Shown: positions 24,157 to 40,137, counted from the first letter of the stretch. The stretch is DNA of 64,000 nt from Eledone cirrhosa (GCA_964016885.1 OZ024761.1:16988001-17052000); one strand, 5' to 3'. The notes: a model not told the origin generated them from the sequence alone. Numbers and translations: made by a program.

Positions 24157-27100
24157 GACGGTAATTACGGCACCCCTACAACAACAGTTAAGTGTCTATA
24201 ACCACCACGCATTTATGAGACTAAAAACCTTGCTAGTGTATTTTTATTTTGGTACAAAAGTTTTTAAATTCAAGTAAGTCCAATATAATGTATTTAAACG
24301 AATCTATAGATAGGATTTCAATATCTGCCAGAGCTTATGAAATAGTAAAACAATTTTTTTTTTTCAATTGTGTCAAATACCAAAAGTTGTTCTTTATTAA
24401 AGAAATGCTAAAATAGATTTAGTTAGTATGACTCTGAACTGTGTTCAGAAACGGTAATGTTATGTTTTGCTGAGAGCCTGTCTGTCTTACAGTATGTTTA
24501 CACACAATACATACATGCATATACATAAATTAATTGTTTATTAGCTATATTCATCTGTTTACACTCCTCGTAATAATTCGAGCGGTTTTGTTTTTGTTTT
24601 TTCTTCAGGAGAGACGTAAATAGAAAAACGTTTGTGGCTTTAGTATTGCTTATTTTTAAGTTTTGTTTAATTGCCGATAAATTTGAAATATATTTGTTAG
24701 GTTTCTTAGAACTACAAATCTTTCTTATGACACTTACTACGGAATAAATTCTTAGCTGGATACTTTACTTTGAATCAGATGTAGCAAAAACTTGTGAAGA
24801 CTGACATGAGTTATGTTGAATATAAGTGTAGACGTCAAATATTTTTGTTTATTCAATCTAAAGGGAAGGCAAAAGAATTATAAGTCAAGTGCAAAATTAA
24901 CGTTTAAAGGCATAAGAAAGGTATCTCGCTTTCTCTCCTGTAAAATAAATAGGCTGTTTTTAGACCAGGAGGATGGGAGGATTGACTCAGTCAGATTTAA
25001 ATGCACACATGACGGTAAATACGACAGTCCTACAACAACAGTTAAGTGTCTATGACAACCATGCATTTAAGAGACTGAAAACCTTACTAATTTGTTTTTA
25101 TTTTGGTACTTGAAAACAAAATTTAAAAACAAATTATATATTTAATTTCCTGTAAGTCAAATACAATGTATTTAAATGAATCTACAGATGGAGTTGCAAT
25201 ATCTGCCAGGACTTTGGAAATAGGGAAATATATAATTTTAAAAATTAAAACTACTTTTCAAAGGAATAATAAAGATATATATACACACACACACAGACAT
25301 CTCTAGTGGAGATATTTCTGAGATTGGAAACCCTATCGATGTATGTATTTTGTCACTGAAAAGTTATCAAAAAATTATTATTATATATACATGTTTGTGT
25401 TTTTGACGTAAGTAAAACGAATCTATATACGAGGTTTTCGATACCTGCCAGAGCTTATGAAATAGTAAAAGAATATTTTTATTTTTCAATTATGTCAAAC
25501 ATCGTATGTGGTTCTTTATTAAAGAAATGCTAAAATAGATTTAAATATATGAAATTTGCACAGTAGAATTACGGCCGCTTGGCGGGCGTCTGGTAAAGTG
25601 GTGGTAGTGTAGGTTCGAGCGGAGGGGAAACTAAAAAGGTGGCTCAGAGATGATCGTGGCCCCGGGTAGCTCAGAAGATAGAGACCAATCTCTTAAATTA
25701 AAACAATAAAAATGTTTTAAACATAAGATAAAGTAGAAGATCGAAACCCTATCTCCAAATCTATACACACTCAATTGATGCATAGATACACCACAACTAC
25801 CCACACGACCACCTACAGACCAACAATTACGGAGTGAAAATAAACACATTTAAAGCTATTTTATTGTTAGACTAAAAATAAGTTTATATATGTAAATATT
25901 CAAAAGAAAATCACTTAAGTCTTTATAGTCTAGTGGTAAGACATAAGACTGGGGAATGCCGTGTTTGGATTTCGAATCAACTTAAAACATTAATTTTTTT
26001 TATCCTCACACTGTAAGGAATTTGTTTGATTTGAACACGTCGTCATACCATTTAAAGCTTTATTTTTCTCTTTCTAGTGGTAACACAGTCAGCATATAAA
26101 TAAACGTGATTCACTTCAACACGTTGCCATACCATTTAAAACTTTATTTGGAGATGAGACAAAGACACATAAATACACCAAGTAGTAAACCCTTGATTTA
26201 ACTTACTATGAAGATGAAGAATGTCTTAATATCAAAGTGACGTTAAATTTAGGGGCCACTTTCATTGTTTTTAATTTACAGAAACTCCTTAATATAACAC
26301 AATATACAAGATATATATATCAGAAGGAATATTTTTTATTTTCTTGTTCCGTCAAACCTTGCGTTTATTCTACACACACACACACGTCGAAACACTTGCT
26401 TGAGGTGGCTTTCTTAGACATAATGAAAAGTGTTGGCTTTGTGGAGATTGATACAACTTTGGGTGATGTTACGAGGAGGGGCAAGGCTATGGAGAGTGTC
26501 TTAGTGGAAGAGATGATATCAGAGCAGTAACCTCCAAAGAGATGAAATTAGTGACTGAGATGCTATCATTGCATAGTTAAGAATATATATAACAAACATA
26601 TACTATAAATTTAACAAGTCAAACTACAGTTATACTCTAACACGGAAGACAAATAAAACTTTACCTCTATCATGCACGTCGTATCCAGTGTGTTGTTATA
26701 AGAAAACCGGTGAAACACTAAATATGCCACCAGTGTAGCGATTTTATACTCTCTCTGCTTCATCGTACCACCCAGTAACATGAAACTGTGTTCAAATCCC
26801 TGGGTGGTAGAATTACGTCGCTTTAAAATAAACACACTGGGGTCAGTTTGAATATTGATTTCATGTGAAAAATATAAACATATTATGATTGTACTCCGAA
26901 CTATCAATATTGAAACAATTCTAATGCGCCAATAAAATTTATATATATATACAGCAACAGTGTTTTCGATCTTTCTTACTTTTTTTATTCACATTCTACA
27001 GTCACTTTAACTCTGTAATAAAAGCCAACACGAGACGAACGTTAACTGCAGTTACCCCCCACGAAATTAACGCACACACAAATGAATATACTACGAAAAT

Positions 27101-27952
27101 GTATTTAAAATAAAAAAATAAATACTTAAATTCAATGTATGTATAATTACACATACAATATGTTTTGTTGTAAAACCCTAAATAATGATTTAAGAAATGA
27201 TGTCAATCTTTGTACAGAGATAAACATTAATTTATGTATATGCATTGTGTGTGCGTATATACTCCATTTAAGACAGCGAAAAAACCAGTACCTCCTTCGA
27301 AGAATGCCAAATAGCTTATGCCTCAGGGATACCGGTGTAACACTAATTAAGTTACCGGTGTAGATATTTCAGTTGAACCCTGCTTCAACAAACTACCCGG
27401 TAATTTGAAATCGAGTTTAGAGTGAGGGGTGTAAAACAGAATTCTGTTTGGAAAATAGTAAATTCTAAACCTGCTAGAAATAGCAGCCAAATGTCGTACT
27501 TTGGGTACGAGGTGCGACTCGTCTTACCTCTTCTAATATATATATATAAATATATATGTGTGTGTGTGTATATATATATATATGCGTATGTAGATTCACG
27601 GGTCGCGCCGGGGAGAAACCACAATAAATACAATGTACTCAATAGATTGGCACAGTATATATATATGTGTGTTTATACATATAAATATATGTGTGTGTGT
27701 ATGTATATATATATATATGTATAAATGCATATATACATATAAATACTTATATATATACATAAACATATGTATACATACACACATATATAGATATATATGT
27801 GTGTATGTATATATATATCTGTGTGTCTATTTCTATATATATATATATAAATATATATAATTATTACTTAGGTTCTAAGGAATATCCCGCGAATGTCGGG
27901 GTTTACTGTATATATATATATATATGTATGTATATACATATTTATTACTTTC

Positions 27953-28313
27953 ACTGTTATTTCTAGCATGAAAAAGAAAAACCGGAAGAGGAGAAAATTG
28001 AAAAACATCTTCTTTTTCCCCCCTTTAACTTTTCAAACAAAAGAGAATTTTATGTAAACAAAAACGAAATTTTTGCCAAGAAAGATAACTCTTCTCTGAC
28101 TTAAATCCAAAATTGGGATACAAAAAGAATTCAGCAATTTTTTGTATCCCAATTTTGGATTTAAGTCAGAGAAGAGTTATCTTTCTTGGCAAAAATTTCG
28201 TTTTTGTTTACATAAAATTCTCTTTTGTTTGAAAAGTTAAATGGGGGAAAAAGAAGATGTTTTTCAATTTTCTCCCCTTCCGGTTTTTTCTAGTGTATAC
28301 TAGAAATAGCAGT
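27953..28313. repeat. 361-bp palindrome, unit 5
   Basis: Same as unit 1. Confidence 0.95.
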
Positions 28314-28791
28314 CAAAGCAATATATATATGCCTTTTGTGACAATATATATTGTTTTAACGCTAGATTATTAACAACAATATATTGTATTTGTTGGCCTA
28401 TTGGACGCAGAAGACGCTCACTCGATTTTTATTATATTTTACGTTGTATATTGAGGTTTATAGGCTTTTCTATGGACCACCTACAATATTCGCGATTTTT
28501 CTCTATTCTCGGGTTCTCTAGGACTGTAAACCCCACGAATGCCGGGGGGTAAATGTATATGAATATATCGACTAATAATATACAGTATAATTGTACGAGT
28601 ATGCATATACATAGCAATGTATATACATATTTACACATATATGTACATATATATATATATAGACACACATGTATATATATATATATATAGACACACATGT
28701 ATATATATATTTATATATATATGCATGTATGTATGTATGTATATATGTATACATATATATACATATATATATATGCATGTATGTATATATG

Positions 28792-28851
<60 letters not shown>

Positions 28852-29335
28852 GACATGTGTGTGTATGTACATTCTTAGGTATATACATATATATTTATAC
28901 ACACATACATACAAATATATATATTTCTATGAGTCCCGGCTTATTACACATTTTTAGCAGATTTAGAAACTTTGCAAACGCTTTATTTTTTCTTATTGCC
29001 GGTACTCTGAACACGATTTGAAATGACTGGAGTGAGTTTATAAAAGGGTAAACTGAAATAGTTGCACCGGTAATATATTTAGTGTTACACCGGTATTTTC
29101 GAAACAATCTCTTTCGCATTCGTCTGCAAGCGGTAACGTTTTCTATGCCGTCTCTGGTAGTGTAGAACTGTAGGTTGACTTGCTTGGGTTTTACAAATGT
29201 TTGTCAACATGCATATTATTATTATATACTTTCAAACACACTTACATATATTATATTTATAAACATATAGGATTTTACTAAGTTTTTATTCTTTCTAATG
29301 TGAAGAGATAGAAATAATAAGTTAAAGCTAAAGTA

Positions 29336-30369
29336 TAATGATATAACAACAGTATATAATAGTTTTCTCCACTTTATTGAGATGCAAACGTTTTAAAGAA
29401 AAAACATGACAGTATAAGAAATATTTAATATCATAACATATAATATTTCAGGTAGGATGGTCGTTTCTCTTGTCTTCCACCTCTAGTTGTAGATTCTTCA
29501 TGTCCTCTCTAGCCATAATTATGTCGTCGACATATGCATAAGTTTGATTTCTTCTTGAATGAATTGCAAATCTTGAGGTAGCCTTCTTGGTACATTTATT
29601 AGCTTTAATTCGTGTTTACACTGCTTGTAATAATTCGTACGTTTTTTACTTTAGATGAAACATATATATAAAAACGTCTGTGGCTTTAGTATACCTTTAA
29701 GTTTGATTTCAATAGAAAAATACTTACTGAACATGTGTAACACAATTATAACTGGAGCTACTAAGTTCCTAGCCACTAGAAAATCTATTTGATAGAAGTT
29801 ATTTCTTAGTTCTATGCACTGTCAATATCCCTTCTACTTTTTATATGCTTGTGTTTGTTAAAGAAACATTCTCTGATTTAGAAACCACGATCTTCTCGCA
29901 CCACCGTTGTAGTAATTCTTGTTAAATGTTTTGTCTGGTCTATTGTCAATAAGTGGCCTTGTTTTCTGATTATTAATAAAGTTAAGTGGTCTACTGAATT
30001 GTCTTCATTATTGCCTATTTATAAGTTTTGTTTAACTGCCGATAACTTTAAAATGTATTTCTTAGGTTGCTTAGGCCTACAAACCTTATATCAGTGTCCC
30101 TTCTTTTGACACTTTCTACGAGTGAATCCTTAAATTGACATTTTATTTTGGGTTGTACTGCCTTATCCCACCTATAACAGCTTGAAGCAGATATAGTAAA
30201 AACAGGTCCTTGACTGTGGAGACTAATATGAGTTATGTTGAATATACTTGTTGAGGTTTATTCAATCTAAGAGAAGAAAAAGGAATTATAAGTAAAGTGC
30301 AAAATAAATCGGCTGCTTTTAAACCTAGAGGAGGGGAGGATTGACTTAGTCAGGTTTAAATGCCCACAT
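29336..30369 (-). mobile_element. Gypsy remnant, unit 5
   Basis: YVDD at 29523-29534. Confidence 0.75.
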
Positions 30370-33300
30370 GACGGTAATTACGGCACCCCTACAACAACAG
30401 TTAAGTGTCTATAACCACCACGCATTTATGAGACTAAAAACCTTGCTAGTGTATTTTTATTTTGGTACAAAAGTTTTTAAATTCAAGTCCAATATAATGT
30501 ATTTAAACGAATCTATAGATAGGATTTCAATATCTGCCAGAGCTTATGAAATAGTAAAACAATTTTTTTTTTTCAATTATGTCAAATACCAAAAGTTGTT
30601 CTTTATTAAAGAAATGCTAAAATAGATTTAGTTAGTATGACTCTGAACTGTGTTCAGAAACGGTAATGTTATGTTTTGCTGAGAGCCTGTCTGTCTTACA
30701 GTATGTTTACACACAATACATACATGCATATACATAAATTAATTGTTTATTAGCTATATTCATCTGTTTACACTCCTCGTAATAATTCGAGCGGTTTTGT
30801 TTTTGTTTTTTCTTCAGGAGAGACGTAGATAGAAAAACGTTTGTGGCTTTAGTATTGCTTATTTTTAAGTTTTGTTTAATTGCCGATAAATTTGAAATAT
30901 ATTTGTTAGGTTTCTTAGAACTACAAATCTTTCTTATGACACTTACTACGGAATAAATTCTTAGCTGGATACTTTACTTTGAATCAGATGTAGCAAAAAC
31001 TTGCGAAGACTGACATGAGTTATGTTGAATATAAGTGTAGACGTCAAATATTTTTGTTTATTCAATCTAAAGGGAAGGCAAAAGAATTATAAGTCAAGTG
31101 CAAAATTAACGTTTAAAGGCATAAGAAAGGTATCTCGCTTTCTCTCCTGTAAAATAAATAGGCTGTTTTTAGACCAGGAGGATGGGAGGATTGACTCAGT
31201 CAGATTTAAATGCACACATGACGGTAAATACGACAGTCCTACAACAACAGTTAAGTGTCTATAACAACCATGCATTTAAGAGACTGAAAACCTTACTAAT
31301 TTGTTTTTATTTTGGTACTTGAAAACAAAATTTAAAAACAAATTATATATTTAATTTCCTGTAAGTAACATACAATGTATTTAAATGAATCTACAGATGG
31401 AGTTGCAATATCTGCCAGGACTTTGGAAATAGGGAAATATATAATTTTTTAAATTAAAACTACTTTTCAAAGGAATAATAAAGATATATATACACACACA
31501 CACACAGACATCTCTAGTGGAGATATTTCTGAGATTGGAAACCCTATCGATGTATGTATTTTGTCACTGAAAAGTTATCAAAAAATTATTATTATATATA
31601 CATGTTTGTGTTTTTGACGTAAGTAAAACGAATCTATATACGAGGTTTTCGATACCTGCCAGAGCTTATGAAATAGTAAAAGAATATTTTTATTTTTCAA
31701 TTATGTCAAACATCGTATGTGGTTCTTTATTAAAGAAATGCTAAAATAGATTTAAATATATGAAATTTGCACAGTAGAATTACGGCCGCTTGGCGGGCGT
31801 CTGGTAAAGTGGTGGTAGTGTAGGTTCGAGCGGAGGGGAAACGAAAAAGGTGGCTCAGAGATGATCGTGGCCCCGGGTAGCTCAGAAGATAGAGACCAAT
31901 CTCTTAAATTAAAACAATAAAAATGTTTTAAACATAAGATAAAGTATAAGATCGAAACCCTATCTCCAAATCTATACACACTCAATAGATGCATAGATAC
32001 ACCACAACTACCCACACGACCACCTACAGACCAACAATTACGGAGTGAAAATAAACACATTTAAAGCTATTTTATTGTTAGACTAAAAATAAGTTTATAT
32101 ATGTAAATATTCAAAAGAAAATCACTTAAGTCTTTATAGTCTAGTGGTAAGACGTAGCACTGGGGAATGCCGTGTTTGGATTTCGAATCAACTTAAAACA
32201 TTAATTTTTTTTATCCTCACACTGTAAGGAATTTGTTTGATTTGAACACGTCGTCATACCATTTAAAGCTTTATTTTTCTCTTTCTAGTGGTAACACAGT
32301 CAGCATATAAATAAACGTGATTCACTTCAACACGTTGCCATACCATTTAAAACTTTATTTGGAGATGAGACAAAGACACATAAATACACCAAGTAGTAAA
32401 CCCTTGATTTAACTTACTATGAAGATGAAGAATGTCTTAATATCAAAGTGACGTTAAATTTAGGGGCCACTTTCATTGTTTTTAATTTACAGAAACTCCT
32501 TAATATAACACAATATACAAGATATATATATCAGAAGGAATATTTTTTATTTTCTTGTTCCGTCAAACCTTGCGTTTATTCTACACACACACACACACGT
32601 CGAAACACTTGCTTGAGGCGGCTTTCTTAGACATAATGAAAAGTGTTGGCTTTGTGGAGATTGATACAACTTTGGGTGATGTTACGAGGAGGAGCAAGGC
32701 TATGGAGAGTGTCTTAGTGGAAGAGATGATATCAGAGCAGTAACCTCCAAAGAGATGAAATTAGTGACTGAGATGCTATCATTGCATAGTTAAGAATATA
32801 TATAACAAACATATACTATAAATTTAACAAGTCAAACTACAGTTATACTCTAACACAGAAGACAAATAAAACTTTACCTCTATCATGCACGTCGTATCCA
32901 GTGTGTTGTTATAAGAAAACCGGTGAAACACTAAATATGCCACCAGTGTAGCGATTTTATACTCTCTCTGCTTCATCGTACCACCCAGTAACATGAAACT
33001 GTGTTCAAATCCCTGGGTGGTAGAATTACGTCGCTTTAAAATAAACACACTGGGGTCAGTTTGAATATTGATTTCATGTGAAAAATATAAACATATTATG
33101 ATTGTACTCCGAACTATCAATATTGAAACAATTCTAATGCGCCAATAAAATTTATATATATATACAGCAACAGTGTTTTCGATCTTTCTTACTTTTTTTA
33201 TTCACATTCTACAGTCACTTTAACTCTGTAATAAAAGCCAACACGAGACGAACGTTAACTGCAGTTACCCACGAAATTAACGCACACACAAATGAATATA

Positions 33301-34178
33301 CTACGAAAATGTATTTAAAATAAAAAAATAAATACTTAAATTCAATGTATGTATAATTACACATACAATATGTTTTGTTGTAAAACCCTAAATAATGATT
33401 TAAGAAATGATGTCAATCTTTGTACAGAGATAAACATTAATTTATGTATATGCATTGTGTGTGCGTATATACTCCATTTAAGACAGCGAAAAAACCAGTA
33501 CCTCCTTCGAAGAATGCCAAATAGCTTATGCCTCAGGGATACCGGTGTAACACTAATTAAGTTACCGGTGTAGATATTTCAGTTGAACCCTGCTTCAACA
33601 AACTACCCGGTAATTTGAAATCGAGTTTAGAGTGAGGGGTGTAAAACAGAATTCTGTTTGGAAAATAGTGAATTCTAAACCTGCTAGAAATAGCAGCCAA
33701 ATGTCGTACTTTGGGTACGAGGTGCGACTCGTCTTACCTCTTCTAATATATATATATATATATAAATATATATGTGTGTGTGTGTATATATATATATATG
33801 CGTATGTAGATTCACGGGTCGCGCCGGGGAGAAACCACAATAAATACAATGTACTCAATAGATTGGCACAGTATATATATATATGTGTGGGTGTGTGTGT
33901 ACATATAAATATGTGTGTGTGTGTGTGTGTGTGTGTATGTATATATATGTATAAATGCATATATACATATAAATACTTATATATATACATAAACATATGT
34001 ATACATACACACATATATAGATATATATGTGTGTATATATATATATCTGTGTGTCTATTTCTATATATATATATAAATATATATAATTATTACTTAGGTT
34101 CTAAGGAATATCCCGCGAATGTCGGGGTTTACTGTATATATATATATATATGTATGTATATACATATTTATTACTTTC

Positions 34179-34539
34179 ACTGTTATTTCTAGCATGAAAA
34201 AGAAAAACCGGAAGAGGAGAAAATTGAAAAACATCTTCTTTTTCCCCCCTTTAACTTTTCAAACAAAAGAGAATTTTATGTAAACAAAAACGAAATTTTT
34301 GCCAAGAAAGATAACTCTTCTCTGACTTAAATCCAAAATTGGGATACAAAAAGAATTCAGCAATTTTTTGTATCCCAATTTTGGATTTAAGTCAGAGAAG
34401 AGTTATCTTTCTTGGCAAAAATTTCGTTTTTGTTTACATAAAATTCTCTTTTGTTTGAAAAGTTAAAGGGGGGAAAAAGAAGATGTTTTTCAATTTTCTC
34501 CCCTTCCGGTTTTTTCTAGTGTATACTAGAAATAGCAGT
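34179..34539. repeat. 361-bp palindrome, unit 6
   Basis: Same as unit 1. Confidence 0.95.
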
Positions 34540-35017
34540 CAAAGCAATATATATATGCCTTTTGTGACAATATATATTGTTTTAACGCTAGATTATTAAC
34601 AACAATATATTGTATTTGTTGGCCTATTGGACGCAGAAGACGCTCACTCGATTTTTATTATATTTTACGTTGTATATTGAGGTTTATAGGCTTTTCTATG
34701 GACCACCTACAATATTCGCGATTTTTCTCTATTCTCGGGTTCTCTAGGACTGTAAACCCCACGAATGCCGGGGGGTAAATGTATATGAATATATCGACTA
34801 ATAATATACAGTATAATTGTACGAGTATGCATATACATAGCAATGTATATACATATTTACACATATATGTACATATATATATATATAGACACACATGTAT
34901 ATATATATATATATAGACACACATGTATATATATATTTATATATATATGCATGTATGTATGTATGTATATATGTATACATATATATACATATATATATAT
35001 GCATGTATGTATATATG

Positions 35018-35065
<48 letters not shown>

Positions 35066-35573
35066 GACATGTGTGTGTATGTACATTCTTAGGTATATAC
35101 ATATATATTTATACACACATACATACAAATATATATATTTCTATGAGTCCCGGTTTATTACACATTGGAGACAGAGTGAGAGATTTAGCTTTCATTTTTA
35201 GCAGATTTAGAAACTTTGCAAAAGCTTTATTTTTTCTTATTGCCGGTACTCTGAACACGATTTGAAATGACTGGAGTGAGTTTATAAAAGGGTAAACTGA
35301 AATAGTTGCACCGGTAATATATTTAGTGTTACACCGGTATTTTCGAAACAATCTCTTTCGCAGTTGTCTGCAAGCGGTAACGTTTTCTATGCCGTCTCTG
35401 GTAGTGTAGAACTGTAGGTTGACTTGCTTGGGTTTTACAAATGTTTGTCAACATGCATATTATTATTATATACTTTCAAACACACTTACATATATTATAT
35501 TTATAAACATATAGGATTTTACTAAGTTTTTATTCTTTCTAATGTGAAGAGATAGAAATAATAAGTTAAAGTA

Positions 35574-36607
35574 TAATGATATAACAACAGTATATAATAG
35601 TTTTCTCCACTTTATTGAGATGCAAACGTTTTAAAGAAAAAACATGACAGTATAAGAAATATTTAATATCATAACATATAATATTTCAGGTAGGATGGTC
35701 GTTTCTCTTGTCTTCCACCTCTAGTTGTAGATTCTTCATGTCCTCTCTAGCCATAATTATGTCGTCGACATATGCATAAGTTTGATTTCTTCTTGAATGA
35801 ATTGCAAATCTTGAGGTAGCCTTCTTGGTACATTTATTAGCTTTAATTCGTGTTTACACTGCTTGTAATAATTCGTACGTTTTTTACTTTAGATGAAACA
35901 TATATATAAAAACGTCTGTGGCTTTAGTATACCTTTAAGTTTGATTTCAATAGAAAAATACTTACTGAACATGTGTAACACAATTATAACTGGAGCTACT
36001 AAGTTCCTAGCCACTAGAAAATCTATTTGATAGAAGTTATTTCTTAGTTCTATGCACTGTCAATATCCCTTCTACTTTTTATATGCTTGTGTTTGTTAAA
36101 GAAACATTCTCTGATTTAGAAACCACGATCTTCTCGCACCACCGTTGTAGTAATTCTTGTTAAATGTTTTGTCTGGTCTATTGTCAATAAGTGGCCTTGT
36201 TTTCTGATTATTAATAAAGTTAAGTGGTCTACTGAATTGTCTTCATTATTGCCTATTTATAAGTTTTGTTTAACTGCCGATAACTTTAAAATGTATTTCT
36301 TAGGTTGCTTAGGCCTACAAACCTTATATCAGTGTCCCTTCTTTTGACACTTTCTACGAGTGAATCCTTAAATTGACATTTTATTTTGGGTTGTACTGCC
36401 TTATCCCACCTATAACAGCTTGAAGCAGATATAGTAAAAACAGGTCCTTGACTGTGGAGACTAATATGAGTTATGTTGAATATACTTGTTGAGGTTTATT
36501 CAATCTAAGAGAAGAAAAAGGAATTATAAGTAAAGTGCAAAATAAATCGGCTGCTTTTAAACCTAGAGGAGGGGAGGATTGACTTAGTCAGGTTTAAATG
36601 CCCACAT
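35574..36607 (-). mobile_element. Gypsy remnant, unit 6
   Basis: YVDD at 35761-35772. Confidence 0.75.
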
Positions 36608-39600
36608 GACGGTAATTACGGCACCCCTACAACAACAGTTAAGTGTCTATAACCACCACGCATTTATGAGACTAAAAACCTTGCTAGTGTATTTTTATTT
36701 TGGTACAAAAGTTTTTAAATTCAAGTCCAATATAATGTATTTAAACGAATCTATAGATAGGATTTCAATATCTGCCAGAGCTTATGAAATAGTAAAACAA
36801 TTTTTTTTTTTCAATTATGTCAAATACCAAAAGTTGTTCTTTATTAAAGAAATGCTAAAATAGATTTAGTTAGTATGACTCTGAACTGTGTTCAGAAACG
36901 GTAATGTTATGTTTTGCTGAGAGCCTGTCTGTCTTACAGTATGTTTACACACAATACATACATGCATATACATAAATTAATTGTTTATTAGCTATATTCA
37001 TCTGTTTACACTCCTCGTAATAATTCGAGCGGTTTTGTTTTTGTTTTTTCTTCAGGAGAGACGTAGATAGAAAAACGTTTGTGGCTTTAGTATTGCTTAT
37101 TTTTAAGTTTTGTTTAATTGCCGATAAATTTGAAATATATTTGTTAGGTTTCTTAGAACTACAAATCTTTCTTATGACACTTACTACGGAATAAATTCTT
37201 AGCTGGATACTTTACTTTGAATCAGATGTAGCAAAAACTTGCGAAGACTGACATGAGTTATGTTGAATATAAGTGTAGACGTCAAATATTTTTGTTTATT
37301 CAATCTAAAGGGAAGGCAAAAGAATTATAAGTCAAGTGCAAAATTAACGTTTAAAGGCATAAGAAAGGTATCTCGCTTTCTCTCCTGTAAAATAAATAGG
37401 CTGTTTTTAGACCAGGAGGATGGGAGGATTGACTCAGTCAGATTTAAATGCACACATGACGGTAAATACGACAGTCCTACAACAACAGTTAAGTGTCTAT
37501 AACAACCATGCATTTAAGAGACTGAAAACCTTACTAATTTGTTTTTATTTTGGTACTTGAAAACAAAATTTAAAAACAAATTATATATTTAATTTCCTGT
37601 AAGTAACATACAATGTATTTAAATGAATCTACAGATGGAGTTGCAATATCTGCCAGGACTTTGGAAATAGGGAAATATATAATTTTTTAAATTAAAACTA
37701 CTTTTCAAAGGAATAATAAAGATATATATACACACACACACACAGACATCTCTAGTGGAGATATTTCTGAGATTGGAAACCCTATCGATGTATGTATTTT
37801 GTCACTGAAAAGTTATCAAAAAATTATTATTATATATACATGTTTGTGTTTTTGACGTAAGTAAAACGAATCTATATACGAGGTTTTCGATACCTGCCAG
37901 AGCTTATGAAATAGTAAAAGAATATTTTTATTTTTCAATTATGTCAAACATCGTATGTGGTTCTTTATTAAAGAAATGCTAAAATAGATTTAAATATATG
38001 AAATTTGCACAGTAGAATTACGGCCGCTTGGCGGGCGTCTGGTAAAGTGGTGGTAGTGTAGGTTCGAGCGGAGGGGAAACTAAAAAGGTGGCTCACAGAT
38101 GATCGTGGCCCCGGGTAGCTCAGAAGATAGAGACCAATCTCTTAAATTAAAACAATAAAAATGTTTTAAACATAAGATAAAGTAGAAGATCGAAACCCTA
38201 TCTCCAAATCTATACACACTCAATTGATGCATAGATACACCACAACTACCCACACGACCACCTACAGACCAACAATTACGGAGTGAAAATAAACACATTT
38301 AAAGCTATTTTATTGTTAGACTAAAAATAAGTTTATATATGTAAATATTCAAAAGAAAATCACTTAAGTCTTTATAGTCTAGTGGTAAGACGTAGCACTG
38401 GGGAATGCCGTGTTTGGATTTCGAATCAACTTAAAACATTAATTTTTTTTATCCTCACACTGTAAGGAATTTGTTTGATTTGAACACGTCGTCATACCAT
38501 TTAAAGCTTTATTTTTCTCTTTCTAGTGGTAACACAGTCAGCATATAAATAAACGTGATTCACTTCAACACGTTGCCATACCATTTAAAACTTTATTTGG
38601 AGATGAGACAAAGACACATAAATACACCAAGTAGTAAACCCTTGATTTAACTTACTATGAAGATGAAGAATGTCTTAATATCAAAGTGACGTTAAATTTA
38701 GGGGCCACTTTCATTGTTTTTAATTTACAGAAACTCCTTAATATAACACAATATACAAGATATATATATCAGAAGGAATATTTTTTATTTTCTTGTTCCG
38801 TCAAACCTTGCGTTTATTCTACACACACACACGTCGAAACACTTGCTTGAGGTGGCTTTCTTAGACATAATGAAAAGTGTTGGCTTTGTGGAGATTGATA
38901 CAACTTTGGGTGATGTTACGAGGAGGAGCAAGGCTATGGAGAGTGTCTTAGTGGAAGAGATGATATCAGAGCAGTAACCTCCAAAGAGATGAAATTAGTG
39001 ACTGAGATGCTATCATTGCATAGTTAAGAATATATATAACAAACATATACTATAAATTTAACAAGTCAAACTACAGTTATACTCTAACACAGAAGACAAA
39101 TAAAACTTTACCTCTATCATGCACGTCGTATCCAGTGTGTTGTTATAAGAAAACCGGTGAAACACTAAATATGCCACCAGTGTAGCGATTTTATACTCTC
39201 TCTGCTTCATCGTACCACCCAGTAACATGAAACTGTGTTCAAATCCCTGGGTGGTAGAATTACGTCGCTTTAAAATAAACACACTGGGGTCAGTTTGAAT
39301 ATTGATTTCATGTGAAAAATATAAACATATTATGATTGTACTCCGAACTATCAATATTGAAACAATTCTAATGCGCCAATAAAATTTATATATATATACA
39401 GCAACAGTGTTTTCGATCTTTCTTACTTTTTTTATTCACATTCTACAGTCACTTTAACTCTGTAATAAAAGCCAACACGAGACGAACGTTAACTGCAGTT
39501 ACCCACGAAATTAACGCACACACAAATGAATATACTACGAAAATGTATTTAAAATAAAAAAATAAATACTTAAATTCAATGTATGTATAATTACACATAC

Positions 39601-40137
39601 AATATGTTTTGTTGTAAAACCCTAAATAATGATTTAAGAAATGATGTCAATCTTTGTACAGAGATAAACATTAATTTATGTATATGCATTGTGTGTGCGT
39701 ATATACTCCATTTAAGACAGCGAAAAAACCAGTACCTCCTTCGAAAAATGCCAAATAGCTTATGCCTCAGGGATACCGGTGTAACACAAATTAAGTTACC
39801 GGTGTAGATATTTCAGTTGAACCCTGCTTCAACAAACTACCCGGTAATTTGAAATCGAGTTTAGAGTGAGGGGTGTAAAACAGAATTCTGTTTGGAAAAT
39901 AGTAAATTCTAAACCTGCTAGAAACAGCAGCCAAATGTCGTACTTTGGGTACGAGGTGCGACTCGTCTTACCTCTTCTAATATATATATATAAATATATA
40001 TGTGTGTGTGTGTGTATATATATATGCGTATGTAGATTCACGGGTCGCGCCGGGGAGAAACCACAATAAATACAATGTACTCAATAGATTGGCACAGTAT
40101 ATATATATATGTGTGGGTGTGTGTGTACATATAAATA

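Larger units (their letters stand above)
18761..25149. repeat. Repeat unit 4 (6389 bp; carries the full-length SINE)
   Basis: Anchor-to-anchor distance; the extra ~190 bp is the insertion at 23608. Confidence 0.95.
25150..31358. repeat. Repeat unit 5 (6209 bp)
   Basis: Anchor-to-anchor distance. Confidence 0.95.
31359..37596. repeat. Repeat unit 6 (6238 bp)
   Basis: Anchor-to-anchor distance. Confidence 0.95.
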
